Source: a bacterium (GTDB lineage: Bacteria > Zixibacteria > MSB-5A5 > GN15 > FEB-12). From it: a stretch of 64,000 bases of DNA. Shown piece after piece: positions 17,185 to 27,790 of the stretch. The stretch lies in assembly GCA_016708025.1 (NCBI GenBank), contig JADJGQ010000001.1, positions 515,153 through 579,152 of the forward strand, in the 5' to 3' direction. The notes under the pieces were generated by a model, which was not told the DNA's origin, searched no databases, and saw only the letters and a program-made list of their open reading frames with translations. Positions within the stretch are counted from its first letter, which is position 1. Every line of letters starts with the position of its first letter. Made by a program: the position numbers and the translations under genes.

Positions 17185-18927
17185 CTAAAAAACGTGTTCA
17201 AGACGGACGAAAATACGGGGGTTTCTGTCGGTAACACTATCCAGCCGACGGGCGACCGAAACCCGAACATCATCGCCAAAGTAGAGGGCGCCGCCGATCG
17301 AGTGGCGCACCTCAATATTTTCGTCATTTGGTCCATGATAGCCGATTTGTCCCATATCCCAAAGTACGCTCACGGCGACATCGGTGCGGGGGAAGGTGTA
17401 CCTTAGCTCCGAATTGATCATCCAGAACCTGCTCCCCATCAACTCTTTATGGCGGTAACCGTGGAGCGTACCTAGTCCGCCGAGGTAGAAGGTCCGATGG
17501 ATCGGGATATCGCCCTCGCTCCCACCGATCATCCCCCGAAGCAGGAGAATGCTATAATGAGAGATCATTTGGTAACGTCGAAGGGAGGCGACAAACCGCG
17601 AGAAGTCGTAGTCCGAGGAGAAATCAGGAGATGATATCTCTCCGGAGAGAGTAAATGCCCAAGCCGAGGCGGAGAACGGATCGTTGTTTCGATTGTCGAA
17701 TCCTAGCGAACCATAAACTGACGCGATCTTCCCGGTATCGATCGCCGCCGCTCCCTCTGTAAGGAGTTCGGTGGGAACGGTGGTGAAGTTCTCGGAGAAG
17801 CGTTTGTCACCGCCGAAAACGGACCAGAGGTTTCGATTGGCAGGGAGCCAGTTGGTTTCTCCGGAACGGAACCCAAGTGTTACCATCGTGTTTTTGATCG
17901 GCCGAGCCTTGGCATAGATAGAGCCACCGATCTCTTCATAGTAGTCTTTGAAGTCTTCAGTGACGGTCAGCGCATAGACGGTGTTTTCGCGATCGGAGAG
18001 GAGCCAGTCATCATCGGAGAGAAGATCGCGGTGTCCTTCAAGACCGATCGTAATGCCGTGTTTCTTTTCGATGGTCTGCTCGATCCCTCCTTTTACGCGC
18101 CAACTTGACGAGGCAAAGGCATAGCCCGCAGAGGCCCAGATCGAGGGGAGCATGGAGTCTGTGTCCTGGAAGCGGGCCGAGAGATTCGGATTGGCACCAT
18201 CGACCCGATTAAAGACGAAGAACGGCTGGTAACTGAATTCGGTTAACCCACGGTTTAGGCGATGGCGGCGAAAGACCTTTTCTTCGGTGCCATTATAGGT
18301 ATTGCCGTAGACTGAGGCTTTTCGTTCGACCGAAATACCACCACCAATGGTGGCGACATCGCCGCGAATCACCGCGGCCTGACCGATCGTGACTGTTCCA
18401 AACAGCGATACGACATCTTTGTTCACTTCGCCATCGACCCTGATATCACCAGTGACGGAGAAGACCATACCGCGAACAAATTCACCGCCGGCAATAGTGA
18501 TCACTTCGGCGGCGGAGAAGCGATTTCCCCTCCGCTTCTGAGCGACTGGGTCTGTGGAGGAGGCGGATGTCATGAACTGAATGATCACCGCTTCGGACGA
18601 GTCGATGATCTGGAGGTCCGTAATGCGATCGTAGGAGAGAATTGAGTCGCCAATATGTACACCGCTATTATCGAACAGGGGTTTCCCCTTGATGGCCACA
18701 TTCCCTGAGGTCACGGTAAGGTCGCGGCGGTCAAACTTCTGGCTTTGGGCGGACTCAGGAAGACGCACAGCGATATGGTCTTTGGTATAAAGGACTGAGA
18801 AGTACGGCTGACGATGGGGAGTGACGCTGACCTCCTTATATTCCTTGGCCTCGGCCGCCACTGAAGCAGTAGCAAGGAGAAGGGTCGAGAGCAGAATGTA
18901 CAGGCCAGTCAGAAGCGGTCGCCGCAT
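17185..18927 (-). CDS. Outer-membrane protein: N-terminal beta-helix-like repeat region + C-terminal Omp85/surface-antigen-type barrel
   Basis: GGAGGA sits 4 nt before ATG 18927. Signal peptide MRRPLLTGLYILLSTLLLATASVAAEA. Bactofilin-like repeat segment VTGDIRVDGEVNKDVVSLFGTVTIGQAAVIRGDVATIGGGISV. The C-terminus has alternating beta-strand patterns, YLGGLGTLHGYR, and a terminal ...VRLEHVF. Confidence 0.65.
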   Translation of the reverse strand: MRRPLLTGLYILLSTLLLATASVAAEAKEYKEVSVTPHRQPYFSVLYTKDHIAVRLPESAQSQKFDRRDLTVTSGNVAIKGKPLFDNSGVHIGDSILSYDRITDLQIIDSSEAVIIQFMTSASSTDPVAQKRRGNRFSAAEVITIAGGEFVRGMVFSVTGDIRVDGEVNKDVVSLFGTVTIGQAAVIRGDVATIGGGISVERKASVYGNTYNGTEEKVFRRHRLNRGLTEFSYQPFFVFNRVDGANPNLSARFQDTDSMLPSIWASAGYAFASSSWRVKGGIEQTIEKKHGITIGLEGHRDLLSDDDWLLSDRENTVYALTVTEDFKDYYEEIGGSIYAKARPIKNTMVTLGFRSGETNWLPANRNLWSVFGGDKRFSENFTTVPTELLTEGAAAIDTGKIASVYGSLGFDNRNNDPFSASAWAFTLSGEISSPDFSSDYDFSRFVASLRRYQMISHYSILLLRGMIGGSEGDIPIHRTFYLGGLGTLHGYRHKELMGSRFWMINSELRYTFPRTDVAVSVLWDMGQIGYHGPNDENIEVRHSIGGALYFGDDVRVSVARRLDSVTDRNPRIFVRLEHVF

Positions 18928-19063
18928 GTATCCTCCGGGTTTGCCAGACATTGAATGATGTCGGTAAGGGCAAGTCAAGCTTAAGTTATTCGCGGTAATA
19001 TCGTGAACCTGGGACATACCTGTTGTACACATGCCGAGGAGGCGGCGACCGATAGTGTCTTGT

Positions 19064-19630
19064 CTATCGGCGGAATCTGGCCTGATAGTCGGCCAGTGCC
19101 CGGATATGGGATTCGAAGGCTATTTCAGAGGGGAGCGCGGAAAATGGGAAAAAGCGGACATCGAGTGCATCGTCATTGGCCTGCATGGTTCCGCCAAGAA
19201 TGTCTGCCAGATAGAGGATCAAAACGGCATTGGAGCGGGGGTCATCGGTACCGGTATAGATCTCGAAGAGCGAAGTGAGTTTGATCGTCAGTCCGGTCTC
19301 TTCGCCAACTTCGCGGACAGCGGTAGCGCTGGGGTGTTCGTTCCATTCCATAAACCCGGCGGGGAGGCACCACCAACCAATGCGGGGTGGATGGGCGCGC
19401 TTGACCAGAAGAACCTGGTCATTCTGCACTATCACAGCGCCGGCGGCCGGAACCGGATTCTGATAGAACACGTAGCCGCACAGATCATCAGGACAATAGA
19501 GACGGACACGCCCTTCTTTGTCACCCTTTTCTAGAGTCTTTCCGCAGAGGGGGCAGAAGCGAAAGCCACAGAACTGGTTTTTGCGGGCAAAGAGCTTTTC
19601 GGGGTCAAACTGATCGTGCTTACTGGACAT
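19064..19630 (-). CDS. NUDIX hydrolase with an N-terminal zinc ribbon (NudC-like)
   Basis: CPLCG...CPDDLCG zinc ribbon. Nudix box GFMEWNEHPSATAVREVGEETGL. ATG 19630 overlaps the stop of the upstream PP2C gene. Confidence 0.75.
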   Translation of the reverse strand: MSSKHDQFDPEKLFARKNQFCGFRFCPLCGKTLEKGDKEGRVRLYCPDDLCGYVFYQNPVPAAGAVIVQNDQVLLVKRAHPPRIGWWCLPAGFMEWNEHPSATAVREVGEETGLTIKLTSLFEIYTGTDDPRSNAVLILYLADILGGTMQANDDALDVRFFPFSALPSEIAFESHIRALADYQARFRR

Positions 19631-21887
19631 TGGCAATAGCACCATTGGCGCGCATTTTGAGTGCGATGATCGTGGTGTCATCCTGCGGTGGCGAGGATGG
19701 GTCAAACGCGCGAACATCAGACATCAGCATTTCGACCAGTTTTGACGGTTCATGATGTCGATTGTCGCGGACGAAATTGCGGATCCGTTCTTCACCGTAT
19801 TCCACACCGTCAGCGTCCATAGCCTCAGAAAGTCCGTCGGTGAAGAAGAACAACAGGTCGCCTTCCTTCAGCGGTACCGATGCTGAGGTGAACTCCAGGA
19901 ATGGAAAAGCGCCGACAATCGGGCCGCCGGTCTGGAGCAATTCCATGCCGCCATCCTTGCGAACGAGAATGGGATAGTTATGCCCGGCATTAGCGTAAGT
20001 GAAAGTTCCACAGGTGGTGTCAAGTTCGCCGTAAAAGAGAGTAACATACTTCTCGGATGACGTCGAAAGAGCTACCTGTTTGTTGACGTTCTTGAGCATC
20101 ATCGGGATCGGGTTGCCGTTGTTGATCTCACTGCGGATCATCGCCTGGATCTGCGCAATCATCAGGGCGGCAGGCATCCCTTTACCGGAGGCATCGGCAA
20201 TGACCATACCCCAGCGAGTGTCCCCTTTTATCGGGATAAAGTCGTAGAAGTCCCCTCCGACCGTCCGCGAAGGGATAGACTGGGCATGGATGATGGAGCA
20301 CTCCAATTGCGGCGGACTGGCTGGCAGCAGGTCGAGCTGAATCTGCCGCGCCATGGTGACTTCTTCCTGCAAACGCATCCGTTCCAGCGATTCGACATAC
20401 AGGCGGGCGTTGGTCAGTGCAGATACCATTTGGTTGGAGAGCACACCCAATAAGTTGAAGTCTTCTGAGGAGTAGCGATAGCCCGCCGCCTTGTTGGTCA
20501 GAGCCAGGAAGCCGAGCAGGTGCTTTGCGTCCTTCATCGGCAAGATCAGTTTGACCTTCCGCTCTTTGAGGAAGTCCGCCAATTGTGAGTCGGTCTCATA
20601 CTGCGAAAGTGAGCCGAAGTGGGTTGGTGCGTCAAGCAGGTTGATACCGCGGAGCATCAGGTCTTCTCGCTGTATAACCACTCGATTGGCGTTGTCCTCG
20701 CTCGGCAGAATCGCGTATTCGCCGATCGAGTCGTCATACAGAATGAAGTAGACATTTTCCACCAGCAGCGCGGTCTTGAGCGTTTCATCGATCGTCTGGC
20801 GCAGTTGCCTCGGGTCGAACATCGAGATCACCTGGCGGGAGAAACGCTCGATGACATTTCGGTAGTCCGAACGAGTGCGCATGAACATCGAACGAATGAC
20901 ATTATCCACCCAGCTTGCGATCGGCTGAAAGAGGAGCAGGATCAAAGCGAGAAAAACATAGCTGATGACCTGTGCCCTATCACCAAAGAGGGGGACCAGC
21001 ATCGTCTGCGATTTAACTCCGATAACGATATACCCACCGACTAGCAGTGCCGAGGCAAGCGTGTAAATGAACGATTGCCGGAAGATGAGTTGAACATCGA
21101 GGAACTGGTATCGAATAATGGCAAAGGCGAGGACACCCGCGGCCAGCACCAATCCGATCACCAGGATGGCCGAGTTGAACTGGGCTGGGACATAGCGATC
21201 GAAAAAGAGGTGGGAGAGAGTGGCGGCAAGGAAAAATCCCAGGCCGAGTCGCAAAGACCAGAGGACTATGCGCGTCTGGCTGACCAGGCGCGGTTCCTTG
21301 AGGAAACGGTGCCCGGTTTCCATGAAGTAGATCGCGGCAACCACATACAGCAGGTTGATGGAGTCGAAGATCACCTGCTCGTATGAGCGTATGACGTTCA
21401 CCATCTGCAGAACGGAGGTGAACAGGTAACTGAATGGTGACAGGACGATGGTGGTGAAGCCTTCGCGAGTCGGATCAAGCTTGACCATCTCCATCAACTT
21501 ATTGATGTCACCAAAGAAAAGCATGATGATGAGATGCATCGCCTGGGGGACGAAAATCAGCGTGCGGAGTCGGGTGCTGCGGAACTCCCGCATCCGATCG
21601 ACCGGAAATAGCCAGGCAAAGATCAGCAGGGTCGGGAAAAACATCTCCCAGAGAGTGTGGACCTGATAGAGGGCTCGCCGGTTGAAGTCCGGGTCGGCAT
21701 CGGGGCCAGTTGTGATGATGGAGCCAAGGGCGAGGAAGACGGGTCCCAGTCCGGCAAAAAAGAGCATCGCTCCGGTCGCCCGATTTATCCGGTTGACAAA
21801 GTTGTCCCGGGTAATGGTGATCGCCAGAAAGATGAGGAATCCACCAGCCGCAAAGTTGGCCAGGGTTATGAGCGTTTCACTACTCAT
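19620..21887 (-). CDS. Membrane-bound SpoIIE/PP2C-family phosphatase (polytopic N-domain + GAF + PP2C)
   Basis: About 8 predicted TM helices in the first 330 aa. A GAF-like segment follows (HLLGFLALTNKAAGYRYS). PP2C motifs GGDFYDF, VIADASGKGMPAALM, YANAGHNYP and FFFTDGLSEA are present. Confidence 0.85.
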   Translation of the reverse strand: MSSETLITLANFAAGGFLIFLAITITRDNFVNRINRATGAMLFFAGLGPVFLALGSIITTGPDADPDFNRRALYQVHTLWEMFFPTLLIFAWLFPVDRMREFRSTRLRTLIFVPQAMHLIIMLFFGDINKLMEMVKLDPTREGFTTIVLSPFSYLFTSVLQMVNVIRSYEQVIFDSINLLYVVAAIYFMETGHRFLKEPRLVSQTRIVLWSLRLGLGFFLAATLSHLFFDRYVPAQFNSAILVIGLVLAAGVLAFAIIRYQFLDVQLIFRQSFIYTLASALLVGGYIVIGVKSQTMLVPLFGDRAQVISYVFLALILLLFQPIASWVDNVIRSMFMRTRSDYRNVIERFSRQVISMFDPRQLRQTIDETLKTALLVENVYFILYDDSIGEYAILPSEDNANRVVIQREDLMLRGINLLDAPTHFGSLSQYETDSQLADFLKERKVKLILPMKDAKHLLGFLALTNKAAGYRYSSEDFNLLGVLSNQMVSALTNARLYVESLERMRLQEEVTMARQIQLDLLPASPPQLECSIIHAQSIPSRTVGGDFYDFIPIKGDTRWGMVIADASGKGMPAALMIAQIQAMIRSEINNGNPIPMMLKNVNKQVALSTSSEKYVTLFYGELDTTCGTFTYANAGHNYPILVRKDGGMELLQTGGPIVGAFPFLEFTSASVPLKEGDLLFFFTDGLSEAMDADGVEYGEERIRNFVRDNRHHEPSKLVEMLMSDVRAFDPSSPPQDDTTIIALKMRANGAIANVQ

Positions 21888-21912
21888 CGTTGCCGTACGG
21901 AATCAGTTCTGC

Positions 21913-22332
21913 CTATATGGCCTTCGTTATCACAATGGTGGTGCCGGTTTTTTCGGCGGAGATCTCCACCTTATCCATGAGTGCCCGGACAATGAAGATG
22001 CCGCGCCCTACCTCTTTGAGCAGGTTGTCATCTTCGATCGGGTTTTCGATGACTTCAGGGTTGAATCCGTCCCCCTGATCGGCCACCGAGATCCGGACGC
22101 TGGAGTTTTCGCGCGAAATTCTGACTGTGACCTGCTTGTCGGGAGCGGATCGATTGCCATGTAACATGGCATTGTTGACCAGCTCCGAGACCGAGATGGC
22201 AATATCGGCGATCACCGATTCCGGTGCGCCATAGCCGCGGAGCGTCCCTTCGATGAACAGGTCAACATCAGCGAGGTGCTCGGTGTTGGACGGTACGATG
22301 ATGGTGTCGCCTGTGATGATTGGTTTTTGCAT
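21913..22332 (-). CDS. Anti-sigma-factor-type serine kinase (RsbW/SpoIIAB-like HATPase)
   Basis: N-box ELVNNAMLHGN, G1 DQGDGF and G2 GRGIFIVRALMD in a 139-aa protein. It sits next to the STAS and PP2C genes. Confidence 0.8.
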   Translation of the reverse strand: MQKPIITGDTIIVPSNTEHLADVDLFIEGTLRGYGAPESVIADIAISVSELVNNAMLHGNRSAPDKQVTVRISRENSSVRISVADQGDGFNPEVIENPIEDDNLLKEVGRGIFIVRALMDKVEISAEKTGTTIVITKAI

Positions 22333-22416
22333 GCTCTGCCGACTCCAAAAAAACAGGCAGACATCTGCACGCCTACCTGTCTCGTATGATGAATGGTTAC
22401 TTTTTCCTGCGGTTGA

Positions 22417-22755
22417 TCACTTAAACGTCTTGATCGCTTCGTCGACGGTGTCGTAGGCTTCAAAGACCGACACCAGCTTGGTGATGGTCAGAAGCGATTG
22501 GATCTTGTCGGTCACGTTGGCAAGCTTGAGCATGCCATCGTTGTTGCGAAGCGTGGTATACCCGGAGATGAGGATACCCAGACCGGTGGAGTTCATCCAG
22601 TCGACCTGGGAGAGATCAACGACGACTCGTTTCATATCCTGTTTGATGTACTCGTAGAGCTTATCATGGAGCAGGCTGGCGTCCGGCCCCCCCATGATCT
22701 TCCCTTTAGGTTCGAGAACGACAACGCCGTCCTGGACACGGTCGGTCAATTTCAT
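22417..22755 (-). CDS. STAS-domain anti-sigma-factor antagonist (RsbV/SpoIIAA-like)
   Basis: 112 aa. The conserved phosphorylatable-serine region is DLSQVDWMNSTGLGILI, and the whole length follows the typical STAS layout. Confidence 0.85.
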   Translation of the reverse strand: MKLTDRVQDGVVVLEPKGKIMGGPDASLLHDKLYEYIKQDMKRVVVDLSQVDWMNSTGLGILISGYTTLRNNDGMLKLANVTDKIQSLLTITKLVSVFEAYDTVDEAIKTFK

Positions 22756-22947
22756 GGTAACAGTCTCCGATGCTGAATCATCATCATTTACGATCTGCCG
22801 GGGGAGGAGTTGCCGCCCATCGGCGTCCGAACTCGCCTGTGCGAGCTAAGTCTTTAATTAGCTTGTCATTGTGGGGGAAGTCAAGGGGAAAGATGGACCG
22901 AGTTAAGATGAAGCTGATAATGGAGGTATGGCAATCGGCAAAGGACG

Positions 22948-24968
<2,021 letters not shown>

Positions 24969-25016
24969 TCAACATCGGGGCTTGTCAATCACAAGAGTGA
25001 GTGCGATAGGGACAGG

Positions 25017-25547
25017 TCAGCCAGTGGGTTTCCCTTTGGCGGCCAGTTCGTTGCGGAATGCGGCGATCTCCTGACCGGCGAGGTCATCAACAATGTCTGT
25101 GATAGTGATTGAACGAAGGCAATCTTCAGCGGTTGTCTGGATGATCACTGAGTTGGAGAGGCGGAAAGCACGCGCGACCGGGGACGATTCAAAAGTGATG
25201 GTGAGTGACGAGCGATCGGAGGTAGTGGAAAGGAATGGGTCTGGTATTTGACGGCGGAAATCGAGGCAGTGGATATCGGCGAAACCGATGCTGGTGGGGA
25301 GATCAAGGTTGTCGATGACATGCCATGTATGGCGCGCAGCATTGATCTCGAGGAAAAGGAGACGGCCGGCGATATCAAAATCGAGCCGGCAGTTCGGAGC
25401 TTCAAGATAGGAGAAAAAGTGCCCCTTCTCGGTGACGGTTTCGAGCTGGAGATAGAGTGAGTCTTCCTCTAGTTGATAAAAGCCCCGGCCTTGCAGAAAT
25501 AGATCGGTCGGGGCTGAGATACGGAGTCGGATGCCGGGGTCGGCCAT
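25017..25547 (-). CDS. Hypothetical protein
   Basis: 176-aa ORF packed tightly between the ybgF paralogue and ligA on the same strand. No recognisable motif. Confidence 0.45.
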   Translation of the reverse strand: MADPGIRLRISAPTDLFLQGRGFYQLEEDSLYLQLETVTEKGHFFSYLEAPNCRLDFDIAGRLLFLEINAARHTWHVIDNLDLPTSIGFADIHCLDFRRQIPDPFLSTTSDRSSLTITFESSPVARAFRLSNSVIIQTTAEDCLRSITITDIVDDLAGQEIAAFRNELAAKGKPTG

Positions 25548-25548
25548 G

Positions 25549-26273
25549 TTACTTGAGCTCCTTCAGGCGCTCTTTTGACTGCTTCGCCTCGAGGGTGGCC
25601 GGGAATTTATCAATGACCTCCTGAAAACGCTTTTTTGCCTCCGACTTCTTGTCCATCTCCTGGAAGCACCGTCCAATCTTGTAGATTGCGCGGGAAGTGA
25701 AGTCTGATTTGGGATACGCACTCAGGAATGTCTCGAATTGGGGGACGGCCTCGGAGAATTTCGATTGTGAAAAGAGTCCCTCGCCAATCCAATACTGGGC
25801 ATCGCCAATCGAAACATGAGTGGAGCAGGAGGTGATGTAAGCCCTGAGAGCAAGTATGGCATCGTCATACTTCCGTTCTCTCAACAGGCGACGGCAGACT
25901 CGAATGACTGGGTACAGGCATGATCTGCAGCGGCAACATCGGCGGCTTGATTCTGGGTCCGCTGTGTCCGAAGGCGATTGATCTCGGTCAGAAGCGTGTT
26001 GTAGTTTTCCAAAAGGTACGATAACTGCACTTGCAGTTCATCGTTCAGGTTATTGATGCTGGAGACTATCTGCTGGTCGGATTGGATGTTCAATTGAGCC
26101 AGTGAATCGAGATGCCTCAGAGCGATGTTCGCAGAGTCGTTCTGAGCCTTCAGTATGGCGATATCTGCGCGGATATCGGAGACATCGCGCTTGGTGGCGA
26201 CACATCCGGCAAGGGAGATAAGCAAAACCGCCATCACGAGGACGGCGGTCACCATGTTTTGCCGAGCTTGCAT
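25549..26273 (-). pseudogene. Second YbgF/CpoB-like paralogue (lipoprotein-type signal + coiled coil + TPR), interrupted by a frameshift
   Basis: ORF 25881-26273 (signal ...LLISLAGC, coiled coil) and ORF 25549-25884 (TPR: AQYWIGEGLF, AIYKIGRCF) together align along the full length of the neighbouring 26303-27064 product. The frames switch at ...CTQSFESAVA / LLRERKYDDAI near 25880-25895. Confidence 0.65.
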
Positions 26274-26302
26274 GAAAAGCTCCTTTCACACAGGGAGATT
26301 GG

Positions 26303-27064
26303 TTACTTGATCTCCTTGATACGATCCTTTGACTGCTCGGCCTCAAGCGTATTCGGGAACTGGTCGACGATCTGTTGGAAGATCTTCTTGGCATCGGCCT
26401 TCTGTCCCAATTCCTGCTTGGAGCGAGCTAATTTGTACATTGCCCGGCCGGCGTTAACCGATTTGGGATAATTTTTTAGCATACCCTCAAACTCGGTAAT
26501 TGCGTCCTGATACCGTTCGAGCGAGTATTGACACTCACCGATCCAGTAGTGTGCGTTGGCCACCGACTGATGGCGAGGACACTTGGTCAGGTAGTCGCGG
26601 AACCCGCTGATAGCCTTTTCATACTCACCCTTGCGAACGAGAATGAAAGCATCATCGTACGACTGGTCGCAGGCGGCCGAATTCGGTTCGGTTGTTGCGC
26701 CAGGTGAACTGGACGGTTGCTCCTGGACTACCGGTTTCTGACGGAGACGGGAGATCTCACGCATCAAGTCGTTGTAGTTCTGGAGCAAGGAGGCGAGCTG
26801 CTCGCGCAGGTCATCCACCGAGGTCGAAACCTCGTTGCGCAACCGCGTGTCAGCTTCGGTGCTCTGGGCGATAAGCGAATCCATGCGTGCCACAGAGCGC
26901 TGGGTCGATGCGGTCTGCTGTTCGATCCGTTCCAGGCGAACATCGAGATCTTCGATATCACGCTTGGTGACGCAGCCAGAGCCGATCAGCCCGATGAAGA
27001 GAACCGCCATCACAAGGATGGCGGCTCCAATTCGACTGGTATTGGTCATACCGGGTAATTCCAT
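26303..27064 (-). CDS. ybgF: Tol-Pal system protein YbgF/CpoB-like (coiled coil + TPR)
   Basis: Lipoprotein-type signal AAILVMAVLFIGLIGSGC, an N-terminal coiled coil, and C-terminal TPRs (AHYWIGECQY, AMYKLARS). It lies immediately downstream of pal. The ATG 27064 start leaves a 4-nt gap after the pal stop. Confidence 0.75.
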   Translation of the reverse strand: MELPGMTNTSRIGAAILVMAVLFIGLIGSGCVTKRDIEDLDVRLERIEQQTASTQRSVARMDSLIAQSTEADTRLRNEVSTSVDDLREQLASLLQNYNDLMREISRLRQKPVVQEQPSSSPGATTEPNSAACDQSYDDAFILVRKGEYEKAISGFRDYLTKCPRHQSVANAHYWIGECQYSLERYQDAITEFEGMLKNYPKSVNAGRAMYKLARSKQELGQKADAKKIFQQIVDQFPNTLEAEQSKDRIKEIK

Positions 27065-27068
27065 GTAG

Positions 27069-27578
27069 TTACTTCGAAATGATCTTAAATTCGCAGCGAC
27101 GGTTCTGCGACCAGGCGGATTCATCCGAACCCGACACTGCCGGTCGTTCTTCACCATAGCTGATCACCGAGACACGATTGGCCGCGATGCCGAGACCATT
27201 CAAATACTCCATGCAGGCGCGGGCGCGTTTTTCGCCAAGCGACAAGTTGTATTCGACAGTGCCGCGTTCATCGCAATGACCTTCGATGCGGACGATGACA
27301 TCCGGGAACTGCTTCAGCAGACCGGCGTTGGCATCGAGAGCAGACTTGCCGTCAGAGCGAAGGTTGTACTTGTCGAAATCGAAGTAGACGGTCTGGAATT
27401 GTGATTCCGAGATCATCGGCTTGTCGTCGACAACGGGCGGCTTGATGTCTTCCTTAGGCTGTTCGGTCGGCGGCTGAACCGGCGGAGTTTCTGTGTTCGT
27501 CGGCTTGGGTTTTGGGGGACAGCCGAAGAGCATAAAAGCGGCCGCGAGAATCATGAGGACAAGAGAGATGCGCTTCAT
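27069..27578 (-). CDS. pal: Peptidoglycan-associated lipoprotein Pal (OmpA-family)
   Basis: Lipobox LMILAAAFMLFGC, a Pro-rich linker, and the OmpA_C peptidoglycan-binding motifs TVYFDFDKYNLR, IEGHCDERGTVEYNLSLGEKRA and NRRCEF. Confidence 0.9.
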   Translation of the reverse strand: MKRISLVLMILAAAFMLFGCPPKPKPTNTETPPVQPPTEQPKEDIKPPVVDDKPMISESQFQTVYFDFDKYNLRSDGKSALDANAGLLKQFPDVIVRIEGHCDERGTVEYNLSLGEKRARACMEYLNGLGIAANRVSVISYGEERPAVSGSDESAWSQNRRCEFKIISK

Positions 27579-27790
27579 ATTTCTATTTCCCTCCGAGGTG
27601 GAAAGTTAATGTTTCAGTCCAAAATCGTAGTGTCTATGAAAGTAACCGGGACAGATTGGGCGGTCAATAAAAAAACGGGAAAATAATGACTATTATTTCG
27701 TTGCACTGATTGCACTTGCGCATTTTTTGCGCCCGGCTGACCTGCGAGTCCTGCCCGGACTACACTTCTTCGAAAGCTTATACTCCAAAA

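Noticed and set aside
18928-19032. N-terminal extensions of track ORFs (OMP to 19032, NUDIX to 19717, M50 fusion from 9330, GlmL-like to 35280)
   Set aside because: Internal ATGs have better SD spacing, give canonical N-termini (a signal peptide or the conserved first motif), and avoid long overlaps with neighbouring genes.
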